From positions 32,860,001 to 32,924,000 of the forward strand of contig OZ241827.1 in the NCBI GenBank assembly GCA_965202585.1: a DNA stretch of 64,000 bases. The letters are read 5' to 3'. The translations under genes and the position numbers were made by a program. This DNA comes from Thalia democratica (taxonomy: Eukaryota). Shown here in pieces: positions 24,401 through 34,306 of the stretch; positions within the stretch are counted from its first letter, which is position 1; each line of letters begins with the position of its first letter. The notes below the pieces were generated by a model. It had not been told where the DNA came from and did no database searches. It worked only from the letters and a program-made list of their open reading frames with translations.

Positions 24401-27400
24401 TAACTCAATTTACAGACTAGTATTATACTAAATTTAATTAGCATAAAATTTAAACACGTCAATTAGGTACTCAAAAAAAACGAAAAAAGGGGTTTAATAT
24501 TTGCTAAATATTTTGAAAGAATGACAAAATGAAAAAAATTGTGCCTGAAATATTCAATAATTTACAAAAGCGCTTACATCAGATATACCGATACAAACAG
24601 TTCTGTACTATAATTTTTTGAAAACAATTAAAAACCTTGAGAAAAAAAATAAAGACAAATATTATAGCAACTCTAATAAATTTTATAGGATAGTAGCTAG
24701 AATAAAGATTCAGTAAAGTATTAATATTTGTTCTTTAGCTTTAAAAAATTCGTTCATAAGATGAAAAAGTTCGAAACTTCAGGTTCTGTCAGGTTTCCAG
24801 AATTCGGTGCGATTGTACGATCAGCCCTTACCTGCTAACTGTAGAAAAAGAACAAAAGTTTACTTGGAAAGATTGAAAAATGAAAAAAAGGGCAAAAAGC
24901 GAAAACGTGTTAGCAACAAACTATCTAGTACTAATATGCAAAAAGTGTATGAAGGGAACAAAAGTGAACTTTGCAGCTCAAAAATTAAAAGGTATTAATA
25001 AAATACTTGTTTAAGAGAAAGAAATAAGTGAAAGCAAATTTTTTTTGCCATTTAACAAAAAATTACTAAGGAAGAACTACATCAAGTTTAACATAAAATA
25101 AATCTGGTTTTTATCACTAAAAATTAAAATCTCTTTACTAAATAATTTTTAATAACAAACTATGACAGGCTTCACAAAATAAACGAAGTAAATAATAGTG
25201 GTCAAAATCGATGCTCTAGTGCAAACATTTTTCCAAATACTAACCACAATTTTAAGTAAGTTGTATGTAAGCTTTTAACATCGAAACTTGTATTTACGGA
25301 AGTTAGATTAAAAAATACTAAGATATAGTTATTAAATATTGTTTAAGGTTAAAATTCCGTCATGAACTAGCATTTTGTGTTAACACTTTTACATTAACAA
25401 TTTTATAGTTTTAGTTAATGGCCAAACACTAAGTTTAGTTGCATTTTAATTAAAACTAAAAAAATTTGTTAGCTCCGAGACGGTTTTTTGAAGGTTATAT
25501 TGTAAACTATTTATCATTATTTTTAAATAAAAAAATTTCAGTTGTTATATGTTTGAAGATTTGTTAGATGAGTACGAAACGTATTGGAAGCAAAACAAAG
25601 ATTTATCACCTTACAATGTAAATTCTTATAACAAATATGTTGATCCAAACCAAGTTTACGACTCGCAAGCTACTTACCAACACCAAAACACATGGTTAAG
25701 CAAACCACCATTATATGAAGGATCACAATTGGTCAATAACCTCACTTTTAAAGAAGAACCATCAAATGTTAGTTGTTTTTATAACAAACCAAACGCTTAA
25801 CATTTCGTATCAACTAACAAAAATTCTCAGAAGAGCTATGCTGTACCACCAAGCGGACAAATAAATCAAAATAAAGTTTTAAGAACTCCGAACCCGGAGT
25901 TTTATTCAGAATCTTCAGAGGTGTTTAGAAGCTCTGAGTTTGGAGGAGTAGCTCTTGCCTTAACACATGGATCGGTTGATTTTTTCAATTTTATTTTATA
26001 GGAGTTTACAATTTACACAAAAATTTACAATTTTGTTTATATAAATTACTAAAATTATGTATTTTCCTGTCTTTGAAATATACATTGTGTTTAATATTTT
26101 ATATTGAAATTTTGTGCAACAGAATTTGTTTTAAGTTTAGTTTGAGTAAAAATATGAACAAATATTTTTTATCAGATTTTGATTGAATGTGCAAAGAAAG
26201 AATTACATGCTACGACGGCGTTATTAAAACCAAACAGATTACATCCAAGTAGAATGTCGCTTGTGTTTTACCAACATAAAAACCTAAATTTCAGACATCA
26301 CGGAAAGAAGGAACAACAAAGAAAAGAAGAAATTAAAAAAGCCCAAAAAAAAGTTTGAAAAATTTTTAAGAAGAGTTTTTAACTTAAAATAAAATTAAAA
26401 GACTGTACAAATAAATTACTTTTTAAATTTTTATCAAAGCCTCTGAAACTTACCTATTATTAACGTAAACCTTATGTTTATTTTATTTCTTAAGTTTTAA
26501 GATAACAAAGCTTGACTTTAATTGCAGTCATATAGCCAAGTGTTATTCGCAATTTTTAAAGAAGAATTAAATAATTTATCAGACGAAGAAAGGGTTTAAA
26601 GACGTTCCTTATCATGAACTATTTTGTTTTTGATTTTTAAACCTTATGAATAGGCAGAATGATTCTGATATTCATATATTTATAACTTGTTTATATTTTA
26701 AAAACATTAATATAAGATGTCTTTTGATCAGTTTTTTTCTTTATCAACATGGTTAATTTTTTAGTTGCTAAACTCTTTCCCAATTTTTCATAGTTCATTG
26801 GTTAAATAACTTTAAGAATCATTTAAAATATTTTAAAAGTATTCAAAAAGTTTAATATGTTTAAAGTGAATTTTACCTAATTTAACTATTTTAATACTTC
26901 AATTGTTAGAAAAATTACTAAAATCCTCTTTTAAAGCGGTTTTTTTTAAATAATCATTTAAGTATAAGCTAGTTTTTATAGAGTTTTTTAAAAACTACCA
27001 GTCATAATTTACATTTTACAAGGTACAAAATGAAATTTTTAGTTTCTTTTTACAAACTTAGTTTACAACACTATAAACTTTAAATAAGCTAATCCAAACT
27101 TTAGAAAAAAGTTCAAATTGTAAATGTTCTTTTGCAATTCTTACAGTTTTTTTTTTTTCATAACGTTTAAAATATTTATCTTTTTAATAGAGATAAACAG
27201 CATAAAGTTATAGTTTATTTGACAACAGTATTATTTTAGTACTTTATTTAAAAAATAAAATCTTTTTGAGTTTTTTAATGAGACATAAAATCATCCGTGA
27301 GAACAAGAATTACATGTTTACTGTTTATTGCTAATGTTTACAACTTAATGTGTTGTTTATTACTTTTTAACAATATTTTTATGCATGTTGTGAATTTACA

Positions 27401-28075
27401 AAACAACAAGTAATAAATTTTATGTTTAAAATTAGTAAAAATAGATACAAAACGGATTGTTTTGGTGTAGCTAGCATAAAATGTTTGAATACATATTTGT
27501 TTTTATTTACTAACTATTAACGGTTTACCAAACCATTTGAACTTTTACCATGTATTTATTTATTATGTGTTTTTCAACAGTTAAGTACAGAAAAACTGTT
27601 GAGTTTTTTGAAAACACGTTTGTTGAACAAATTATGTCTTTTGTAAAAACAGCTAAAGTTAAGTTTCTTTTTGGTACTTTAATATGAAAAATGTTATAGT
27701 ATATAGGATTACCAAAACTACACAGAAAAATAAAACTTAATTATTAATTTTAAAATCATCGCTAGTATTAAATTAATTCAATTAATTGAAAAAAAATTAT
27801 AAATTTTTTTTATAAACAGATAGCTTTAATAACATACTATTTCATCTATTTTGGAAATAAGTACTAAAACTTGTATTTAACAGGTGGTAAAGTTCAAAGG
27901 AACAAAACAGAGTTCATCTAAATTTGATGTACTAGTTGAAATGGAAACTAATGATGGGTGTCACGTGACAGATTTGTCCAATGAGCACGCAGCTCTTCAC
28001 AACCATCCAATTCCAATTGAGCAAAAACCGTTGTACATGTTCAATGGAAAATACGGATACAATTTTTGCAACTAA
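3349..28075 (+). CDS. TET: TET family methylcytosine dioxygenase, 16 coding exons, ~1776 aa
   Basis: Exons 3349-3435, 6115-6244, 6654-8534, 10335-11507, 13922-14049, 15631-15687, 17122-17330, 17671-17932, 22283-22462, 23220-23408, 24783-24991, 25169-25255, 25542-25767, 25831-25974, 26176-26352, 27884-28075 join GT..AG with matching phases (sum 5331 nt). TET motifs: [53 protein letters not shown] (HxD), [36 protein letters not shown]. Confidence 0.95.
3895..4132. mobile_element. Partial hAT-like MITE
   Basis: Right-TIR-like TTTGCCGACCTTTG at 4119-4132 with GCGGGCC motifs at ~3901 and ~4108; left end not found. Confidence 0.4.
5407..5694. mobile_element. hAT-like MITE
   Basis: Left end CAGGGGTCGGCAAG; degenerate inverted right end TCTACCGACCTATG (9/14 match). 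Related ends at 4119-4132 and 34219-34232. Confidence 0.55.
6115..6244 (+). CDS. TET: TET coding exon 2
   Basis: ctctcag| ... C|gtaagt; open frame [15 protein letters not shown]...; phase 0 to 1 restores the frame of exon 3. Confidence 0.7.
6654..8534 (+). CDS. TET: TET coding exon 3 (large N/S/Q/H-rich disordered region)
   Basis: Contains the 592 aa track ORF 6761..8539; acceptor ttacag| at 6653; donor G|gttgaa at 8535. Confidence 0.85.
10335..11507 (+). CDS. TET: TET coding exon 4 (K/P/N-rich, ends in the CNC Zn ligands)
   Basis: Within track ORF 10295..11512; acceptor ctgtacag| is phase 1; ends EQCNCI + A|gttagt and continues into the Cys-rich domain. Confidence 0.9.
13922..14049 (+). 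CDS. TET: TET exon 5 (Cys-rich domain: [24 protein letters not shown]...IRMEK)
   Basis: Matches the TET GPFYTHLGAG...IRIE segment; ttacag|, |gtgaag. Confidence 0.95.
15631..15687 (+). CDS. TET: TET exon 6 ([19 protein letters not shown])
   Basis: Matches TET YTGKEGKSSQGCPIAKW; ctacag|, |gtaagt. Confidence 0.95.
17122..17330 (+). CDS. TET: TET exon 7 ([23 protein letters not shown]...RRCGIN)
   Basis: Contains the GHxC Zn ligands and the RRC motif. Confidence 0.95.
17671..17932 (+). CDS. TET: TET exon 8 (RTCACQG...[17 protein letters not shown]...APDAHYNQ)
   Basis: Contains the conserved DNA-binding loop and Zn ligands. Confidence 0.97.
22283..22462 (+). CDS. TET: TET exon 9 (HxD iron-binding motif, DFCAHSHRD)
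   Basis: [28 protein letters not shown]; catag|, |gttggt. Confidence 0.97.
23220..23408 (+). CDS. TET: TET exon 10 (VVTLTKEE...EQYHVLPLY...GAIE)
   Basis: Matches TET VCTLTRE...EQLHVLPLY...GAIQ. Confidence 0.95.
24783..24991 (+). CDS. TET: TET exon 11 ([23 protein letters not shown]..., basic NLS-like stretch)
   Basis: Matches TET [23 protein letters not shown]; cttcag|, AG|gtatta. Confidence 0.9.
25169..25255 (+). CDS. TET: TET exon 12 (low-complexity insert)
   Basis: gacag| ... AA|gtaagt; symmetric phase 2, open frame. Confidence 0.7.
25542..25767 (+). CDS. TET: TET exon 13 (low-complexity insert)
   Basis: tttcag|; overlaps track ORF 25549..25800; donor gttagt at 25768. Confidence 0.8.
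25831..25974 (+). CDS. TET: TET exon 14 (...[26 protein letters not shown])
   Basis: Matches TET [26 protein letters not shown]. Confidence 0.95.
26176..26352 (+). CDS. TET: TET exon 15 ([14 protein letters not shown]...[13 protein letters not shown])
   Basis: Carries the third Fe ligand His and the 2OG-binding RxS motif; donor AAA|gtttga (read-through gives V then stop at 26358). Confidence 0.95.
27884..28075 (+). CDS. TET: TET terminal exon 16 (...[16 protein letters not shown])
   Basis: Phase-0 acceptor tttaacag|. C-terminal YxFxxxxGYN resembles the conserved TET tail YAFTRVTGPYN. AATAAA follows near 28256. Confidence 0.75.
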   Translation: MVKFKGTKQSSSKFDVLVEMETNDGCHVTDLSNEHAALHNHPIPIEQKPLYMFNGKYGYNFCN

Positions 28076-30887
28076 TTTATTTGATTTCGCTTTTAATGAT
28101 GTTTTTAAAATTTATCATGCACATCATCAAGCTTTTTTTTAACTTTACACTGAGTCAATAATCTAACACCACATTTTAACGATACTCTAGGTAAAATTAA
28201 AATTTAGTTTTCAAGCCATGACCAAAACTTTAAGTTACTATTTTGATAGCCATTTAATAAAATGAACTGTTTTTTATTTAGAAAAATCCCAAATTCTCTT
28301 AAATATTATAAAAAGGTGTAAATTTTTGAAAAATGGCCAAAGTATTATTGCTATCATTTAAAAACTACCTCTTTAGTTTATTCATTGGTTTTTCAACTCT
28401 TTTTAAACGTTAAAAATTATGACAGAACTTTTTTGTTATGTTTTAGATAATAACTTAATCAGTTTATCATGTGTTTTTTTATTTAGTTTGTTATTACGAT
28501 TTTCACATACTTCTTCGGTTCTAACAAATAGTTTGTATGAGTTTTGTGTGAGTTTTACTATAGTAAATTAACTAATGAAACTATTTAATAACGTTATGCT
28601 GTGTTATAGGACAGGGAAATAGTTTAAGTCAAACCATTAAAAAGTAGTAGAATAGATTAAAAATTGATAAGCCTTTATAATTAAATAAAACTAAGTTTTG
28701 TAAGCTTGTTTTTATATATCTTTCAATGACAAATCAACTTATTTTGAATTTTTTAAAGTGGACGGTTTATGAACATTTTTATTTATTTGCAGAGTTAAAC
28801 GTTTGATTTTGGATTAAAATTTTACAAATATTAAGTTTTACAACAACTTTAATATTTTGTACAAATATTCGTTGTTTTATTTTTATACAATAAAAAATTT
28901 ATTGTGTATTTAGTAATGAACATTTGTGCTATTATTACTCTTCGTGCTTCTTCTGTTTAACTGGATCCAGTTTTAATACCGGAGTCCGACGCACAATAAA
29001 CAACAACAATGATAACAAATTCAATATGAAACAAACTTAATGCTAGTACGCATAACAAATTTATACATATAAAACTTTCAGAAACCTCTAATTAGACTTT
29101 GTTGGAGATGTATTTTTCATATGGCTGAATTTGTTGTTTATATTTGTCGAAATGATACTTAAAAATCCTAGAACAAAATATCAAGTTTTTATTATTGATT
29201 TTAACGAAACTTGTGTAAATTGTTTTGTAATATAAGAACTAGGAGAAACTTTGACTAGGCTGATTGCAATTTTTGCTCCAGGAAAATTGAAAAATCAAAA
29301 GGGAATAACTCTAAAACTGGCTAGATGAAATGCAAAAACTATGTAGACCTTAAAGATGATTATAAGAATAAATTTACGTTTGATAAAATTGTTTATTTAT
29401 CGCTATTTAAAAAAAAAACTTGCCTACTTGAAACTGTTAGCATAAAAGAGAATAATTGCATATTTTATATATAAATTTATAGTAGTTCTCTACTTGCGTA
29501 CGCACTTTAAACACAGTCAAAAAGTGCGTATTAAAGAAATTACAGTATAAATTTTTATTCTTTAAACCTTTTTTTTTAATAAATGAGTGCGATATTATTC
29601 ATTTTTTCCAAGTCGAAGTACTATAAACTGCATTGTTTGAATAACAGTAGTTAAGGAAAAGGCATCAGACGAGGATAAGCGAATATTTGCTTTGTTAAAT
29701 ATTTTAAGGTTACAAGCTAACAACATTTTTCATAACATTAAAAAACGTCTTGTTCTATAAGAAAAGTTTTGTTCAGCAGAAAGGCTCGCTACGTTACTGT
29801 TATTAACAACTATAGGAAGCTACAATTTGTTTTAATAAATTTTCAAACTAGCTTAAAAATATGCTAAAAACGAATATTTTTCAGATCTAAGGCTTAACTA
29901 ACAAATATGCTTCTAGTGTATTTAGCTATAATAATTGTCAATTTCGCTGCTCGTTTTTTCGTTAAATATTTTTTTAATAGTAGTGTATTAGAAAAGCACG
30001 GCGTCAATTTAGCACATATTGACAACAAGTTAAGTATTATTAATGTGTATACTACCAAAGTTATAAAAGCTTAGAAAGATTTTCAAGTAATTAACTTGAC
30101 GTATTAAAATTATACTACTATTCTATGTTAAGGAGCACGGAGTGACAACTTTTTCAATAAGTTTCAAATATTTTATTAAGGCATATTTTTAAGCGTAACA
30201 AAAAAAAAGTTTGAAATAAAAACATTGATAAATAGTTTACCCTTTTTTAAATCGCTCTTGTTTTTACTCAATTCGATTTCGATATATATATATATATAGC
30301 TTTAAATGTAGTGATGACGTAACACAAAAAGAAGTTAAGTTCCTCTGACTTCTACATAAATGCGTCTCACAAGTTTTATAATAAAGTCCACGTTAGTGTT
30401 TTACATAAATAAAATATTAATTCTAATCTTATCAGCCTAGTTAAACGTTTAATTAAATAATTAATAAAAATTAAATTAACTTTTTGTAAATTAACTAAAA
30501 AAATATAAAAATTTAAAACACTTAATTAAGTATTTAAAAGTTAAAATACCATTAAACTTACCATCTTTTTGCTTTATAGTGTTTATTTTTATTATTAAGT
30601 ATAGTTCTTCTCCAAAAATAGAGCCTAAATTGGATTTTTTAACTTATTGCTACCTACAAGTGATTTCTCTTAGCATAAGTAGTAACTTACTTTGTTGGCT
30701 GCTGAACTTGTTTTTACAATTTTCTCATTACTTAGTTATATTTTTGTAGAGTACACTTCAAAGTGCTTTAAATGCGTACTCAACGGGATGATGACTGTAT
30801 TAATTTCAATTTTAAGCCTTTTTTTCAATATAATCTTAATTATTATTTAATAACTAGCTAAAAGGTATTGATGGTGCTTAAGTCAAG

Positions 30888-30992
30888 CTACATGCAAAAG
30901 TTACACTCCATGCTAAAATGTCACTCCGTACAAAAGTGACGCCGTGCTAAAAAAAACATTTTGTGCTGATGTGACACTGTGCTTTTCTGACA
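30888..30992. repeat. Degenerate ~17-18 bp minisatellite (GTGCTAAAA.TGAC.CC-like), with inverted copies at ~29994-30016 and ~30134-30152
   Basis: About six degenerate units, e.g. atgctaaaatgtcactcc, gtacaaaagtgacgcc, gtgctaaaa; the reverse-complement unit agcacggcgtcaatttagcac lies ~900 bp upstream. Confidence 0.6.
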
Positions 30993-31199
30993 CCAACAAT
31001 TAAAATGTATACTTTTTGTTCACTGGTAGTTTTGTGCGTATACTTCCGGATTTTGTTTATCTTCATATATAAAATATAATTTTTCTTAAATACGACTTGC
31101 AGGTAATTGTTTAAATGCTAAAGAAAAAAAAGTCTTCTTTAACACAACGTTTATTTTGGCTCCAAATTAAACCTGAAAGTTACTGTATAGTGAAAGAAT

Positions 31200-32880
31200 A
31201 CTTGAAGTCTGTTTTGCAGTTAGGAATATTCTACTGAGTACGACATGCCTTATGGGTAACATCTCTTAAAGAATCACAGCTGTTTACATCAAAGGGACTT
31301 TCTACACTTATCAGTGCATACGCCCTAGTTCTAGCAGCTTCAACAGAGGGAAAAATTAGTTCTGTGGAATTTATGGGATGCCTTTGAAACCGTAATAAAA
31401 ACACAACATGTTTTCATACTTAATGACTTCAATAAAATTGTGGATAATAATAACTGGCCTACAATCATAAAGTCCTCAAGGGAAGTAATGATAAACGAAA
31501 ATAAAAAAAGATTGCTTTTTTTTTCTAGTAAAATTTAGTCGTAAACAACTGTTATATTAAGACAAAACTTCTACATAGAGTGTCCGTTCGGTAAAATGGT
31601 GTCATATTATTTTTATTTAACCTAGGCGATCTTCATTGCAGTAAGTTGTTCATATACGATCTTAGCACAGTGCTAGTTGCAACACGCATCATTTGTATTG
31701 TGGTTTCATGTTGCAAGGTAAAGCTACAAACTAAAAAACTTCATTGTATCAAGTAGTCTTGTAAACCACGGACTGTCTACAACGAAATGTCTAAAACACA
31801 ACTTGTTTAACTGTTTGAAAATGAATTGATGAAAAATTTTCTGGAATTAAAAGAAGCAAAAAAGAAGTTCCAAATAACTGCTAGAAGGTGTGCAAGGTAA
31901 TTCTGGATTGAACTCAGTTAATTAATTAGCTTGCTTAAATATTGCAAATTTAAGTGGGTTGTTTCAATAAAAGGTATTAAGGAAACTCTTTGACCAATCC
32001 AAGAAAAGACTCCCTTTTAAACTTTTTTCACTGGTCTGGTACTTATAGAGAAACATAAGTAAGTTGACAGTTTGGTGGAGCATTTCGCCACTGATCACTA
32101 ATCTTGTCAAAAAACCGTATCTTTAAGATATTTTGTTCCAAACAATGCCTTCAAACTATGGATGAGCTATATTTAATTCTAGCCATCGAAAAACACAATA
32201 TTTTTGATGATCATAGATCAAATGAATCACAACCAGGATCTGATAATGTTCCACCTGTTTTGATCAAATCATCAAAATCTGCCCTACAATAAAGTCTTGA
32301 AAATCAAACTTTAAATCCTAATAAATAAAGAATTGAAATGTTTTTAATTTTAGCTTACTTTTGCTTTTTTTACCGTCATAATTATAACAAACAACTGTAA
32401 GAACTATATCAAATAAATTAATGATCTTTAACTTTTCCAAAATGTCCTAAAACGTAAATCTGCATAAAAGCATCAAAAAAATTACAGAAGTTTTATTGTG
32501 TTTTGTGTTGAAACTTATAGCAAAATTGTTACTTTTCGGTTTTTAATCTAAAAAGCTTCTATAAAAGTTTGTTCTACTTTTATAAAATTTTACGCAAGTT
32601 TATTTTGTGAACTTTCCAAGTTCTAAAAGTTTTAAAGCTGATAACTTGAAGGTCATGTATTTCATAACTACTTTAAGCAGCACACAGTCCTTCACAAATT
32701 CAAGTTTAATGTTTCGTTTTTCCAGTTTGTCCACAGATTTTGAACGCAGTACCAGCCTCAAAAAAATATCTTTAAATGAGCAATCTCGTCGCGAAACATA
32801 ACTACCGAAGTAGCGGTTATACAGTTTGATAAAAAAGACCCACAATAAGTAGCAACCACTCTTTATCCAAAAATGTAGAC
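31200..32880 (-). mobile_element. Heavily decayed Penelope-like element (N-terminus and possible GIY-YIG remnants)
   Basis: Track ORF 32600..32845 (DKLEKRNIKLEFVKDC) resembles a PLE ORF N-terminus; QSVVYKTT near 31760 resembles the GIY-YIG lead-in; many stops. Confidence 0.4.
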
Positions 32881-32899
32881 AGATTTTTTTTTTGCAGAG

Positions 32900-33800
32900 C
32901 CACCAAATTTGCTCGCTTTAAAATACGTGTATAGAAAAAATCTCGACTCACTATTAAAACCAAGGTATTATTAGTGTACAGGATTGGCCAAAAAGCAACT
33001 TGTTCAAAACTTTGATTTAGACAAAGATAAGGCCATAAAACACATTGGGATGACTGAGGTCATATCCCCTTACTGCAAATAATTGGAAATGATGTTTGCA
33101 CTAAAATTGAAAAAGTTTTTTGAAACCCGCTTTAAAAGTTGTACAAAATTTTCAGCTACCAGCAAAAAGGCACTAACTTTCATTTCTATTTTTCTGGTTT
33201 GGAACTCTTTAGTTTTGCGCTTAAACAATTTTCTCTAAACTTACTGTATATAATTTTTTATAAAATACTCTTTGAATATTGTACTTAATGGGCTACGTTA
33301 ATCGACTTTTTTACCAAGTTCATGCCAATATTTGTTTTTAACAAACCGCTGAAAGGAGGATTGTACCAAGTTATTTTTGTTTTTAATTTTAATTGATTTT
33401 GAGTTTTTTTCAAAACTGTTTTAGTGAAGTTTTTCTTTTTAAATGCACTTTCTTATTGTTGATAAATGATCGTTTTTTACTTTTAATAAATATTTTTTCA
33501 AACTAATTATTCAGTTTTTAATTATGTTTTTTAATCTGTTTAAATGTTTTTGTAGGTATTTTTTTTTTCATTTACATAATCTTTAAGTTTTTTTAATTGT
33601 GCGGCATGTAGGAGATGATATTTGAGTTCAGCTCCACATCTTAGATAAAAAGTCTGTAAACACTAGTGATAATTTCACAGATTATTGGATTCATGGACCA
33701 AAATATTTGAGGTACGCATGAGTTTTTCCTAAGCTTTCTGTTTTAAAGCTAAATCATCTGGGAAGTACCGCTAGACCACCGTCTATTTTTAACCGAACCA
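32900..33800 (-). mobile_element. Decayed Neptune-like PLE fragment, apparently lacking RT
   Basis: KITWYNPPFSGLLKTNIG (WYNPPF at 33351-33368); upstream RYFPDDLALKQKA*EKL...; stops and frameshifts. Confidence 0.6.
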
Positions 33801-34306
33801 ATGCTAAACTAAAAGTATTTTTTGACCGTGAAACAAAAAACTCCTTGAATCTTGATAACAAAGCGTTTACGTACAATCCATGTGCTACGTTTAAAAATAA
33901 AAGGTAAAGAGTTCTTTGATGTGTGTAAAACAGCGTTTGATTTTATTTTAAGTCTATATAGATAGTAGGTCGTTTGTTTATATTTGGTTTAAAGTGCTCG
34001 ATACCTTATTCAAGGGCATTTGATGGTAGTAGACCAAATAAAGAAGATAAAAATATTCGATGGCCACAGTTGTAGTTTTTACTTTTCATAAAAGCCCCGA
34101 CTACCTAGATTAAATTTTGATTTTTCTATAAATTGTTCTTAATTTTTTTTTTTGCTTTTTATTACAAGCCTCAGAATATCTAGTGTAATTTTTCTTAATT
34201 TTGTTTTCTTGGCCGCAGTTTGCCGATCCCTGCTTTATATACAAAACAGAGCAACATATTTTTGATAAACAACTTCGAATATGAAAACGTTTGAAATAAA
34301 GTATAA

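Noticed and set aside
25549-28075. Track ORFs 25549..25800 and 27884..28075 as stand-alone genes
   Set aside because: Both fit as TET exons 13 and 16 by splice phase and, for exon 16, by the C-terminal motif.
28925-30730. Possible minus-strand gene ending ...LLFIVRRTPVLKLDPVKQKKHEE*
   Set aside because: Candidate exons (30691-30730, 30562-30624, 28925-29034) do not join in one open frame and the peptide is unrecognised; cannot be supported without RNA data.
32776-34090. Apparent phase-consistent + strand multi-exon gene (MSNLVAKH...DYWIHGPKYLRPP...), or a frame with two in-frame TGAs (33623, 33719)
   Set aside because: The opposite strand carries clear PLE motifs (WYNPPF..KTNIG), so the assembly and the recoding idea are best explained as shadows of a decayed retroelement.
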